Shown: in pieces, positions 36,629 through 46,718 of the stretch
Numbering within the stretch: the first letter of the stretch is position 1
Layout: each line of letters starts with the position of its first letter
DNA from: a virus
Lineage: Duplodnaviria > Caudoviricetes
DNA: 58,669 nucleotides
Virus record (IMG/VR): IMGVR_UViG_3300046804_003055
Coordinates: 1 to 58,669 of that record
Strand: one strand, 5' to 3'
Made by a program: the position numbers and the translations under genes
Notes under the pieces: model-generated
The model's input: the letters and a program-made list of their open reading frames with translations, nothing else
Database searches by the model: none
What the model was told of the DNA's origin: nothing

Positions 36629-38040
36629 TGAGCTATACAATAACATTAACAAACGGAACAATTAAAACGGAAGTTGCTGACGGACAAATCAACCAAGTTG
36701 CTACGGATCTAACACTAATTGGAAAAAATATCTCCGGATACGGAACTTATATTAATGATAATTTTATTCGCTTATTAGAAAATTTTGCAAATACAAGTCA
36801 ACCAAATCATCCTTTATTAGGTCAATTATGGTATGATACAAATGATAGTAAATTAAAAGTTTATAATGGATTGGGTTTTGTTCCAACAACAAGTACAGCA
36901 GTTGTTAATACAATACCCTCGACAATCAGTTCAGGCGACATTGTAATCCATAGCACCTTTGGCCAACTATTTTTTAACGACGGCATAGCTACTCGCCTCG
37001 CAGGCCCAATTTATACAACTGATCAAGGTTTATCTGGATTTTATGTAGATACAATTTTAGAAGCTAACAGTAATAATTCACACGTAATTATGTATTTGTA
37101 TCTAGGTAAATCATTATTAGGTATTTTTGCAAAAGAAAGATTTTTGCCTAAGGTAGATATACCAGGCTTTCCTTCAAATACTTATTTAGAAGTTGGATTT
37201 AATGTAAGCTCGTTTGCGGGAATGAAGTTTAACGTTCCAGTAACCTCGGCTCAATATTTGGTAGATTCAAATGATAATTTGATTGCTCCTGAACAATTTG
37301 TTTCAACAACTAATTCAACATCAACAATGTCTGGATCTTTGTTTATACAAAATTCTATACCTTTAGTGTTTGGTGTACAGAATAACAACGAATTTTTAGT
37401 AGATACCTCTGCTTTTATTATACAATCAAATTTATCAAATCAAAATTTTGGCATTAACACAAATGATGGGTTAGGAGTTAAGAATGCGTTATTCATCAAT
37501 GGAACTACTAATAGAGTAGGAATCTTTAAAAATAATCCTACAAAAGTTTTAGATGTTGCTGGTACCGGTAATTTTGATAGTTCTGTAACAATTCAAGGAA
37601 GTTTAACAGTTGGACAAATTGGAGATGCACAGCTAGCTCCAACCTTTACTACAGGACAGCTTTATAAAATTGCATCTATTGGTTCTACTGATTTTACTTC
37701 TTTTGGAGCAGCATCAAACACTGTAGGAATATATTTTACAAAAAATTCTAATAGTTCAACCGGAACTGGTACAGCTAATTTAATTACAAAGGCACAAATT
37801 TCTAATGTTGCAGAGCCTGTAGACTTGTTTGACGCTGCAAATAAAAATTATGTTGATACTAGACCATTACCGTTATACGTGCCTACAACAAGCAATTCGA
37901 CAGCAGCCTCAATATTAATAAAAGTTTTTCCAAATAATGAACATCCAGAGGCTACTATAGCACGAGTTGTTTACTCTGATGGTTCTGTTCATAGATTTAT
38001 TTTAACAAGTGGCTTGTGGGTCCATGATACAACATTATAA
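36628..38040 (+). CDS. Tail fibre protein (paralogous N-domain)
   Basis: IGKNISGYG...NFIRLLENFA...GQLWYD; DAANKNYVD motif. Confidence 0.7.
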   Translation: MSYTITLTNGTIKTEVADGQINQVATDLTLIGKNISGYGTYINDNFIRLLENFANTSQPNHPLLGQLWYDTNDSKLKVYNGLGFVPTTSTAVVNTIPSTISSGDIVIHSTFGQLFFNDGIATRLAGPIYTTDQGLSGFYVDTILEANSNNSHVIMYLYLGKSLLGIFAKERFLPKVDIPGFPSNTYLEVGFNVSSFAGMKFNVPVTSAQYLVDSNDNLIAPEQFVSTTNSTSTMSGSLFIQNSIPLVFGVQNNNEFLVDTSAFIIQSNLSNQNFGINTNDGLGVKNALFINGTTNRVGIFKNNPTKVLDVAGTGNFDSSVTIQGSLTVGQIGDAQLAPTFTTGQLYKIASIGSTDFTSFGAASNTVGIYFTKNSNSSTGTGTANLITKAQISNVAEPVDLFDAANKNYVDTRPLPLYVPTTSNSTAASILIKVFPNNEHPEATIARVVYSDGSVHRFILTSGLWVHDTTL

Positions 38041-38053
38041 GGATTAAAACACT

Positions 38054-40189
38054 GTGGCTTATCAAATCAATCATTATAACGGAACTACACTTACTACTGT
38101 ATTAGATGGTGTTATCGATAACACTTTAGATATAAAATTAGTAGGAAAAAATTCAGCTGGCTATGGCGAAGCACAAAATGAAAATTTTGTTTTCTTATTA
38201 GAAAATTTTGCTAGTACCGCCGCACCATCAAGAGCTATTCAAGGACAAATATGGTATGATAGTTCTCCAGGAGTCCAACGTTTAAAAGTTTATGATGGCA
38301 ATGGAACTTGGCATCAAAATGCAAGTATATTGTTTGATCCTAATCTAAGCGGTAAAGTAGACGGTGATCTGTATTGGAATTCAACCGACAAAAAATTGTA
38401 TGTTTATTCTGGAGGGTCTTTTAATTTTATCGGCCCGCAACGAATACCTAATTATGATAAAACTGAATTAGAATCAAAATTAGTACAAGATACTGCAAGT
38501 CAAAATAAACCTATAATTCAAGCAGTATTAAATGGATTTGTAGTTTATGTTATAAGTGATAATGCAGATTTTCAATTAGCTCCTAATTCATTAACAGGTT
38601 TTGATTGGATTAAAAAAGGCATTACTTTAAGAGACGATGTAAAATTAAACGGAATATCTACTCACGCAGAGTTTTTAGTAGATAAAGTCCCAGATGATTT
38701 TATATATTCTGCTAATCCTACTTTCTCAGTAATTGCTAATTTTGCAGATGCAGGGTTTAATGTAAATTCAAAGTTATTAGTTTCTAATATTTCTAATATT
38801 CCTACACTAACAACAACAGGATCAACTTTACAATTTAAAACTCAAACTGCTAATTCATTAACTTTAATTAATGCTGACATAATTCCAGGCACACCTAATG
38901 TTTCTAATATTGGATCCTCTGGTAGTAAATGGAATAATTTATACGCTAACTATGTCTATTCAACTGCTCAACAGGCAGATAGTTTAAAAGTTAACCAAGT
39001 TTACAGGTCTGCAAGCGTAAATGGAAATTCTATTGACACAATTGTTGTCAGAGATTCAAATGCTAATATTAATTCAACTACATTTACTGGTGATTTAGTA
39101 GGTAACGCATCGTCAGCTACAGTATTGGCTACTGCAAGAACCATTAACAGTGTCAGTTTTGATGGATCAAGTAGTATAACTATTACTGCATTGACTACTA
39201 ATTCTTTAAATCCAGGTACTGATATTGTTGGCCAATCATTTAACGGATCATCACAAATAACTTGGAACGTTGATTCATCTAGTACAAATACCGTAAGTAA
39301 AATTGTAAAACGAGATTCTAGTGGAAACTTTAGTGCAGGAAGAATAACTGCTTCCTTAATAGGTAATTTATTGTCCTCCTCAACAGGAAATACAGTTGTT
39401 AATACAACTACTACTATTGCTAGTTTTACAGGATCTTTAATAGGTAATGCAGATACTGCAACTAAATTAGCAACAGTAAGAACTATAAATGGGGTTAACT
39501 TTGATGGAACACAAAGTATTACTATAGTTGATGCAAGTAAAGTTAATAAATCCGGCGATACTATGACAGGATTTTTAACATTAAATGCTAACCCGTCAAG
39601 TAATCTTCATGCCGCTACCAAACAATACGTAGACACATATGGTTGTCCAACAGGCGTTATAGTTATGTGGAGCGGTAATACAAATACTATTCCTACAGGG
39701 TGGGCTTTATGTAATGGACAAACTGTAAACAATTTAACTACTCCAGATTTACGAAATAAATTTATTATCGGAGCAGGTAACAGTTATTCGGTGGGGCAAA
39801 CTGGAGGATCAACAAGTCAAACATCTTCTACAGCTGGATCACATAGCCATACTTCTACAACTGGAGCAACTAGTTTAACAACAGGCCAATTACCTAGCCA
39901 CCAGCACACTTTTACTGATGTCTATGCTATAGTAGGTGATTATGGATTAGGGGGAAGTACCGCATCTGACAGAGACAGAAACGGAACTTATATATACCCG
40001 AGCATTTATGCAGGCAATGCTAGTGACGGAGATCAAGATAATGGATCTTACGGATTTCCAAGTATTACAGATTCTGTAGGATCTAGTCAAGGGCATTCAC
40101 ATTCAATTAATACTGATGGTTCGCATTCGCATACTGTGACTACTGTTCCTCCCTACTATGCCCTTGCATACATTATGAAAGTTGTGTAA
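38054..40189 (+). CDS. Tail fibre protein with collar domain and His-x-His tip motifs
   Basis: GTG start after AAGGA; shared N-domain; PTGWALCNG..PDLRNKF; HSH/HQH motifs; PPYYALAYIMK. Confidence 0.8.
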   Translation: MAYQINHYNGTTLTTVLDGVIDNTLDIKLVGKNSAGYGEAQNENFVFLLENFASTAAPSRAIQGQIWYDSSPGVQRLKVYDGNGTWHQNASILFDPNLSGKVDGDLYWNSTDKKLYVYSGGSFNFIGPQRIPNYDKTELESKLVQDTASQNKPIIQAVLNGFVVYVISDNADFQLAPNSLTGFDWIKKGITLRDDVKLNGISTHAEFLVDKVPDDFIYSANPTFSVIANFADAGFNVNSKLLVSNISNIPTLTTTGSTLQFKTQTANSLTLINADIIPGTPNVSNIGSSGSKWNNLYANYVYSTAQQADSLKVNQVYRSASVNGNSIDTIVVRDSNANINSTTFTGDLVGNASSATVLATARTINSVSFDGSSSITITALTTNSLNPGTDIVGQSFNGSSQITWNVDSSSTNTVSKIVKRDSSGNFSAGRITASLIGNLLSSSTGNTVVNTTTTIASFTGSLIGNADTATKLATVRTINGVNFDGTQSITIVDASKVNKSGDTMTGFLTLNANPSSNLHAATKQYVDTYGCPTGVIVMWSGNTNTIPTGWALCNGQTVNNLTTPDLRNKFIIGAGNSYSVGQTGGSTSQTSSTAGSHSHTSTTGATSLTTGQLPSHQHTFTDVYAIVGDYGLGGSTASDRDRNGTYIYPSIYAGNASDGDQDNGSYGFPSITDSVGSSQGHSHSINTDGSHSHTVTTVPPYYALAYIMKVV

Positions 40190-40195
40190 TAAATA
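40190..40195 (+). promoter_or_regulatory. Putative late promoter
   Basis: Intergenic TAAATA before AAGGA and ATG 40217. Confidence 0.55.
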
Positions 40196-40216
40196 TCAAG
40201 ATAAGGATTTAATAAA

Positions 40217-41719
40217 ATGGCAGCATATACTATCAAAAAAACAAATGGTACAGCAGTTGCAACTGTAGCTGAAGGTACCATTAATACTTCATTAGACATA
40301 ACCTTGATAGGAAAGAGTTATGCTGGATACGGTGAAGCACAAAACCAAAACTTTGTTTATTTACTAGAAAATTTTGCAAATTCTACTGAACCTGCAAAGA
40401 AAATTATTGGACAAATTTGGTTTGACAGTTCTATTAATAAATTGAAGTTTTTAGATAATAATAAAAGATGGCGTTTAGCAGGTGGCTCAGAAGTTAGTAC
40501 ATCTGAACCTGCGGGCTTAGTAAAAGGAGATTTTTGGTTTAAAGAGTCAACAAACCAAATTTTTGTTTGGACAGGTACTAGATTTAATTTAGTAGGACCA
40601 CAATCTCCGTCATCGGCTAGTGTTACACAGATGGTAACTACTACATTATCTGACACTAGCAATAATTCTCATACAATTATTCAAGGAATTAACAATAATC
40701 AAGTTATTTTTACAGTAAGTGCAGATGCAGATTTTCAAGTTAGCGGCTTAACAGGTTTTGATTATGTTCGTCAAGGTATTACTTTAGTAAACACTAATAA
40801 TTCAAACGCCCCAGGCCAAACTACAGGAAATTATAGATTTTATGGAACATCAACAAATTCAGATAGGCTAGGGGGATATTCTGCCAATTCATTTGTATTA
40901 GGATCTAGTGCAAATTTTTCTGCATTGGTTAATTTTTCTGATTTAGGATTTACTGTAGGTAATCCGCAGGCAAGATTAAAAGTTTATAATGAAAGTTCTA
41001 CAACACCTATTATTATAAATCAAATTAGTGATACTATAAAATTCCAAACAACATCAAATTCAGTAGTAAAAACTCCGCTAACATTAGTCGGCGCAGATAT
41101 TTTACCAGGAGTTGATGCAACAACAAACTTAGGTAACACTAATTTAAAATTTAAAAATATTTATGCAGGTTATGTTTATTCTACAGCCCAACAAACAGAT
41201 GCTATGAATAATGGCAGTGGAACTTATGTATCAGCAAACGTAGCAGCAACCTCTGGAACCATCCCTGTTCGAACATCCTCATCACAAACAATTAATAATG
41301 TCACTGTTTCTGCAGGCTCTCTTCAAGCAACATATTTTGTTGGTACAGCATCTACTGCTTTATATGCTGACTTAGCCGAAAATTATGTTGCTGATAAAGA
41401 ATATGAAATTGGTACGGTTGTAAGTGTAGGCGGCGACAAGGAAGTAACTGAATCAAAATGGGGAGATAGGGCATTGGGTGCTGTAAGTCAAAACCCTGCT
41501 TACTTAATGAATTTTGGACAAGAGGGTGCCACCCCTATAGCATTAAAAGGCCGTGTTCCGGTTAAAGTTATAGGAGCAGTCACTAAAGGACAACGATTAG
41601 TGGCAGCAAATAATGGTTGTGCAGTTGCAGCCGTTCCACATGCAAATGATGTATTTGCTATTGCACTAGAATCTAATTCTAGTGCAGATATTAAATTAGT
41701 TGAATGCGTGATTTTGTAA
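40217..41719 (+). CDS. Tail fibre/spike with C-terminal peptidase-G2-like intramolecular chaperone domain
   Basis: Shared N-domain; C-terminal YADLAENY...GTVV...GAVS.NPAYLMN...IALKGRVPVKVIG. Confidence 0.7.
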   Translation: MAAYTIKKTNGTAVATVAEGTINTSLDITLIGKSYAGYGEAQNQNFVYLLENFANSTEPAKKIIGQIWFDSSINKLKFLDNNKRWRLAGGSEVSTSEPAGLVKGDFWFKESTNQIFVWTGTRFNLVGPQSPSSASVTQMVTTTLSDTSNNSHTIIQGINNNQVIFTVSADADFQVSGLTGFDYVRQGITLVNTNNSNAPGQTTGNYRFYGTSTNSDRLGGYSANSFVLGSSANFSALVNFSDLGFTVGNPQARLKVYNESSTTPIIINQISDTIKFQTTSNSVVKTPLTLVGADILPGVDATTNLGNTNLKFKNIYAGYVYSTAQQTDAMNNGSGTYVSANVAATSGTIPVRTSSSQTINNVTVSAGSLQATYFVGTASTALYADLAENYVADKEYEIGTVVSVGGDKEVTESKWGDRALGAVSQNPAYLMNFGQEGATPIALKGRVPVKVIGAVTKGQRLVAANNGCAVAAVPHANDVFAIALESNSSADIKLVECVIL

Positions 41720-41726
41720 ATAAATA
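41717..41726 (+). promoter_or_regulatory. Putative late promoter (tandem TAAATAAATA)
   Basis: Upstream of a GAGGA RBS and ATG 41750. Confidence 0.55.
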
Positions 41727-41749
41727 CATATATTATTGAGGATTAACCC

Positions 41750-43171
41750 ATGGCTGTAGGTACACAGATTTTAAATTCAGAATACAATGCAATTTATAGT
41801 GCTATTAATTCACTTTCGGGCAAAACTGCTTACGGATCTACCGGATGGGGGCAAACATTAAATTCGTCAAGTGTAGCCGCTAACGGGCAAATAACAACAG
41901 CCCAATGGAATAATTTACGAAAAGATATTGTTGCTGCATATATTCATCAAAATAATGGATCTGCACCTTCAGGCCTTAATACACCAGCATCTGCTGGAGC
42001 AAGTTTTAGTATTAGCGGTATTAGTACAGGAGCACCTATTACGTTTTCTGGAACAATTAATGGAACATCATTAACTATTACTTCTGCACCTACAGGGACA
42101 CTAATACAGGGTATGGCTTTAACTGGCCCCGGAGTTATTGCAGGTACATACTTATCAGCTGGCAGCGGTCTTAGTTGGACTGTTGCTACAGGAACAAGCC
42201 CAACACCGAGCCAAACTGTAACTACATCATTTACAGCTAATCTTGTTACAATGACAGTCAGCACAGTTACTACAGGCTGGGTAGAACCTGGACAAAAATT
42301 AAATGGTGTTAGTCTTTTAGCAAATACAATTATAACAGGCTGGAATGCCACCTACGGCTCATTATCCGGTACCGGCGATAGCGGAACTTATAGTTTAAAT
42401 TTAGCTCAAACTAGTGGAAGCGCATCTATTACTAGTACAAAATTAATAACTAATTCAGACCTTGTAACATATCAAAGTTTAAACTCAACTGTAACTGGTG
42501 TAGGAAATATTATTCCTGTAGGCAGTAATGCAGCGGTGTCGTCATTCAATAAAACAGTTGGCGCAAGCTCAAAAACAGCAGCCTGGAATGGTACAATTAC
42601 TCACACTGCAACCTGGACATGGAATGCAGGTACTGGCTATTCAGCTGCTCAAGCCGCAGCATGGTTTTTTAATTCAGGCAGTACTATAAGAATAAGTGCA
42701 GATTATCCTTATGTGGGGACAGCACCTAAGGATCTTGCCTGGAAAGCATTTTTGAGTGAAGTTGGTACTATTGAATTAAGTGCTTATACTACAACTGTTA
42801 CAGGCAGTAGTGGTGCTACTTCCACAGTTAATTCTAGTGTCGGCTATTGGACCCTTACAACTGTAAACACACAAATTTATTCAAAGACTTTCTCAACTAC
42901 AGTCAGTGTTGGTGATGCTAATGAACTTACATATCCTTCAAATTACTATTCTATTTCGGCAAAGATAGATAATACATCTGCTAGAGCAGTACTTACCATA
43001 ACTGTCACCATAGCCGATGCAAATAATCCTACCGGTGGAAGAATTGATGAAAATGTAAATTCTTCAACAACATACCCTTTAACTAGTTATCAAGGGTACT
43101 ATTACGCATCTGGATCGTACGTATCAGTTACTTCATATTTGCCAACATATACTGCAACAGCCACTTTATAA
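41750..43171 (+). CDS. Putative virion structural/fibre-associated protein
   Basis: GWGQ...ITTAQWNNLRKDI N-terminus; FFNSGSTIRIS; Thr/Ser/Gly-rich beta repeats. Confidence 0.6.
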   Translation: MAVGTQILNSEYNAIYSAINSLSGKTAYGSTGWGQTLNSSSVAANGQITTAQWNNLRKDIVAAYIHQNNGSAPSGLNTPASAGASFSISGISTGAPITFSGTINGTSLTITSAPTGTLIQGMALTGPGVIAGTYLSAGSGLSWTVATGTSPTPSQTVTTSFTANLVTMTVSTVTTGWVEPGQKLNGVSLLANTIITGWNATYGSLSGTGDSGTYSLNLAQTSGSASITSTKLITNSDLVTYQSLNSTVTGVGNIIPVGSNAAVSSFNKTVGASSKTAAWNGTITHTATWTWNAGTGYSAAQAAAWFFNSGSTIRISADYPYVGTAPKDLAWKAFLSEVGTIELSAYTTTVTGSSGATSTVNSSVGYWTLTTVNTQIYSKTFSTTVSVGDANELTYPSNYYSISAKIDNTSARAVLTITVTIADANNPTGGRIDENVNSSTTYPLTSYQGYYYASGSYVSVTSYLPTYTATATL

Positions 43172-43185
43172 TTTACGCCAATTTC

Positions 43186-43214
43186 TTTACAATACCTTCA
43201 AAATAGTGTATAAT
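43186..43214 (+). promoter_or_regulatory. Sigma70-type promoter for the glycosyltransferase cassette
   Basis: TTTACA (43186-43191), 17-nt spacer, TATAAT (43209-43214); overlaps TAATTA. Confidence 0.65.
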
Positions 43215-43239
43215 TACTCTATTAACCTTGGAGGGTCTC

Positions 43240-43590
43240 ATGGACGAAAAAATATCCAAAGCATTTGAAGTTGCCAATTATATGGCAACCTTATCTAATC
43301 AGCGCCGAGTTATTTTAGAAGAATTTAATCAGCAATTATTATTTTATAAAAATGGTGCAACTTTTAAAATTAATCAGGAACTTATAGTTTTTGTTAAAAC
43401 TATGATTGATTTAGGGCAGATAGAAGATGTTGCTTTTCTTGATGCTAATAATTTTCCTGTATTAATTCAAGATGTAAAAACATTTTTTGACGAAATAACA
43501 GTCATTTATTTCCAGGCAATAAATCAGTATGCAATTAAATTTGCAGAGATTAAATCTAAAAGAAAAGTTGCTGATTTGATTAATCTATGA
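43240..43590 (+). CDS. Hypothetical protein
   Basis: GGAGG RBS before ATG 43240; ATGA overlap with the next gene. Confidence 0.7.
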   Translation: MDEKISKAFEVANYMATLSNQRRVILEEFNQQLLFYKNGATFKINQELIVFVKTMIDLGQIEDVAFLDANNFPVLIQDVKTFFDEITVIYFQAINQYAIKFAEIKSKRKVADLINL

Positions 43591-44435
43591 AGACCGGCGC
43601 AGTTATATTTGCTCAGAATACTCCGCAGGTTGATTATATAAAACTTGCTATATATGCAGCCTTTAGGATTCAAAAATACCTAGACATTCCAGTTTCTTTA
43701 ATTACCGATAGCAGACGATGGTTAGAGAAAACATACCAATCGCATCCATTTGATCAAGTCATCGATCTTACTGGATTTTATAAAGAGCAAGATAGAATAT
43801 CATTTGACGGATCATTAACTTCTGGCGTAACAACGTGGAAGAATTTTACAAGAAATGTAGTATATGACCTAACGCCCTATGATAAAACACTAGTAATAGA
43901 TAGTGATTATATTGTTTCCTCTTCAATTTTAAAAACTGCATTAGCGAGTGATTATGATTTGCAATTATATCCTTGCGGTATAGATTTAGCTGCCTGGCGT
44001 TCCCTTAACGAGTTTCAACGTATAAATGAATTTAGTATTCCGTTTTATTGGGCAACTGTATTTGTTTTTCAAAAAAATTCAGTAATGAATTCTTTTTTTA
44101 ATTTAATTGAATACATTAGGGACAATTGGGTTTATTTTAAAACTTTATATAGCATACAATCGTCAACATATAGGAATGACTTTGCATTTAGTATAGCTAT
44201 ACATATTATGAATGGTAAGACAAATGGCGAGTTTGCAACTAATTTACCAGGATCTATGGTTTTTATCAAGGATAGGGATTATCTAATTGATATAGATGAG
44301 TCTAGAATAAAGTTTCTAGTTGAGAAAAAGGATCATAAAGGTGAATACATTGCAACTAAAACAGATGGATTAGATGTACATATAATGAATAAGAATAGTT
44401 TAAGTAGATTTATAGACGGAGGTTATGGTGTCTAA
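43587..44435 (+). CDS. GT-A-fold glycosyltransferase-like protein
   Basis: TPYDKTLVIDSD (DxD motif); paralogue of the next gene. Confidence 0.65.
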   Translation: MKTGAVIFAQNTPQVDYIKLAIYAAFRIQKYLDIPVSLITDSRRWLEKTYQSHPFDQVIDLTGFYKEQDRISFDGSLTSGVTTWKNFTRNVVYDLTPYDKTLVIDSDYIVSSSILKTALASDYDLQLYPCGIDLAAWRSLNEFQRINEFSIPFYWATVFVFQKNSVMNSFFNLIEYIRDNWVYFKTLYSIQSSTYRNDFAFSIAIHIMNGKTNGEFATNLPGSMVFIKDRDYLIDIDESRIKFLVEKKDHKGEYIATKTDGLDVHIMNKNSLSRFIDGGYGV

Positions 44436-45267
44436 AGGATTTTTAGTTTTAGCAAAGAATACTGACTCTATAAATTATGTTGAGCAAGCCTATGCGTTAG
44501 CTTTATCGATTAAATTTAGTCAACAGAATATAAAAAATATTTCATTAGTTACAAATAATTTAGTACCAGAAGAGTATATTTCTGTGTTTGACAAAATATT
44601 ACCAATACCCTGGATAGATGAAGAAAAAAACAGTTTATATGTAGCAGAAGATAGATGGAAATTGTATCATGTTACACCATATGAAGAAACAATAGTCCTT
44701 GATACTGACATGTTAGTATTAGAAGATATTACAGAATGGTGGGAATATTGCAAAAATTTTGATATTACTTTTTGTTCAAAAATTAAAAACTACAAACTTG
44801 AATATGTAAAAGATTCTTATTATAGAAAAATGTTTGTAGCTAACAAATTAACAAATTCATATGTAGCATTACACTATTTTAAAAAATCAGATAATGCCTA
44901 CAATTTTTATAAAGTTTTAGAATTTGTTTGTAATAACTGGGAATGGTGCTATACTACATTTGCTCCAGAGGAATATCAAAATTGGCTAAGCCTAGATGTT
45001 GCTGTAGCAATAGCAATTGAAATAATAGGAAACCATCAATCTATTGTAAATGATACTAGTCCTTTAGAATTTATACATATGAAACCGGCACTTCAAAATT
45101 GGAGTATAGTTCCTGCAAGTTGGCAAGATACTGTTCCTTATGTTCTTAATTCTAAAGGAGATTTGATTGTAGGAAATATTAAACAGAGTAAAATATTTCA
45201 TTATGTAGAAAAGGATTTTTTAACTACCACAATCTTAAATCAATTAAAAAGGCTTGTATATGAATAA
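44425..45267 (+). CDS. GT-A-fold glycosyltransferase-like protein
   Basis: TPYEETIVLDTD (DxD motif); FIHMKP. Confidence 0.65.
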   Translation: MVSKGFLVLAKNTDSINYVEQAYALALSIKFSQQNIKNISLVTNNLVPEEYISVFDKILPIPWIDEEKNSLYVAEDRWKLYHVTPYEETIVLDTDMLVLEDITEWWEYCKNFDITFCSKIKNYKLEYVKDSYYRKMFVANKLTNSYVALHYFKKSDNAYNFYKVLEFVCNNWEWCYTTFAPEEYQNWLSLDVAVAIAIEIIGNHQSIVNDTSPLEFIHMKPALQNWSIVPASWQDTVPYVLNSKGDLIVGNIKQSKIFHYVEKDFLTTTILNQLKRLVYE

Positions 45268-45829
45268 ATTTGGTTGTTTTGTTTACTACAATAAAAAAAC
45301 TGGTAACATAGAATTAATAACAAATGAGCGCCAAGGCAAGAAAAAAAATTTTATTGAAATAGACCCTGATCTGTATAGTAAACTAGTATCTAATGAATAT
45401 AATCCATTAGATTATGCAGCAGGATATTTACGTGATCCTAATGGTTCGGTTGTGTTAAGTTTAGTTAAAAAAGAACGAAAAGAAATTTATGTATTTCGAA
45501 GTACTGAATTTGTTTCAATAACTAACCCCCCTACTAAAGATACCGAATTAATTATATCATGGAAAAAGAAGAGTTGGGAATTTGAACTTAGTAGCTCGGC
45601 AAAATCTAGAATTAATAATAGCCTAGATCAATCAATGCTTATGTTTTTTGTTACTTTAGAAAGCGACTTTGATTTTTTAATAAGAACGATTTTTATTGAA
45701 CCTTATGAACTAAGGACAAAGAAAAAAATTATTATTCCTTTTGAAACAGAATACGAACAGAATATAGATAAAATATCAATTGCATCTAAATTAAGTTTAC
45801 AATCTTATGGAATACAAAAATATGAATAA
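45260..45829 (+). CDS. Hypothetical protein
   Basis: ORF with coupled overlaps at both ends; ATG 45260 preferred. Confidence 0.65.
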   Translation: MNKFGCFVYYNKKTGNIELITNERQGKKKNFIEIDPDLYSKLVSNEYNPLDYAAGYLRDPNGSVVLSLVKKERKEIYVFRSTEFVSITNPPTKDTELIISWKKKSWEFELSSSAKSRINNSLDQSMLMFFVTLESDFDFLIRTIFIEPYELRTKKKIIIPFETEYEQNIDKISIASKLSLQSYGIQKYE

Positions 45830-46718
45830 AATAAAAATTATAGAACAAGACATTATATTTTTGAGTTATGATGAACCAAATGCTGAAAAAAATTATGTAG
45901 ACTTATTATCAAAAGTACCTTGGGCAAAACGTGTACACGGAGTTAAAGGTAGTGATGCAGCACATAAAGCCTGCGCGGCATTAAGTGATACTGAATACTT
46001 TGTTACTGTTGATGCAGATAATATTGTAGATCCTAAATTTTTAGAAGTAGAAGTAGACTTAGAAGAATTAGGACTTACACCAGACCATGTGTTTAGTTGG
46101 TGCGGAAAAGTAAATGTCAATGGCCTTATGTATGGAAATGGCGGACTAAAGATGTGGACTCGTAAGTTTGTTAATGAAATGCGTACACATGAAAATAGTG
46201 ATCCAGATGACGTTAAAGGCAAAGTTGAATTCTGTTTTGATAATCGATATTATCAGTTTAATGAGAATTATAGTGAAAGTGTAATTACAGGAAGTTCCTT
46301 TCAGGCCTGGAGAGCAGGATTTAGAGAAGGAGTCAAAATGAGTTTGAACCAAGGCGGAAAAGTAACTGACTTAACACTAACTTGGTGGCAAAACTATCAT
46401 AGATTATTGATTTGGTGCAACATTGGAGCAGATGTTGGCAACGGCATATGGTCAATGCTAGGAGCAAGAGAAGGCTGTTATAAGACTAATTGTACTGACT
46501 GGGATTATTCTAATGTAAGAGATTTTGAATGGCTAACTAACTACTGGAAAGAACAAGGCTACGGCCCTGCAACTGATATTGAATACCGGTATAATTGGTT
46601 AGGCGATCAATTAAAATCTAATTGCAATCTAGCAATTTCAAATATAGATGCCCAGGGTAGTAAGTTTTTTAAAACAGTTTACAATAATACCCCAAGAATT
46701 TTAAGCAGAGCAAAATAA
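45822..46718 (+). CDS. GT2-like glycosyltransferase
   Basis: IIFLSYDEPNA...RVHGVKG...FVTVDAD; AWRAGFREG; paralogue of the next gene. Confidence 0.6.
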   Translation: MNKIKIIEQDIIFLSYDEPNAEKNYVDLLSKVPWAKRVHGVKGSDAAHKACAALSDTEYFVTVDADNIVDPKFLEVEVDLEELGLTPDHVFSWCGKVNVNGLMYGNGGLKMWTRKFVNEMRTHENSDPDDVKGKVEFCFDNRYYQFNENYSESVITGSSFQAWRAGFREGVKMSLNQGGKVTDLTLTWWQNYHRLLIWCNIGADVGNGIWSMLGAREGCYKTNCTDWDYSNVRDFEWLTNYWKEQGYGPATDIEYRYNWLGDQLKSNCNLAISNIDAQGSKFFKTVYNNTPRILSRAK

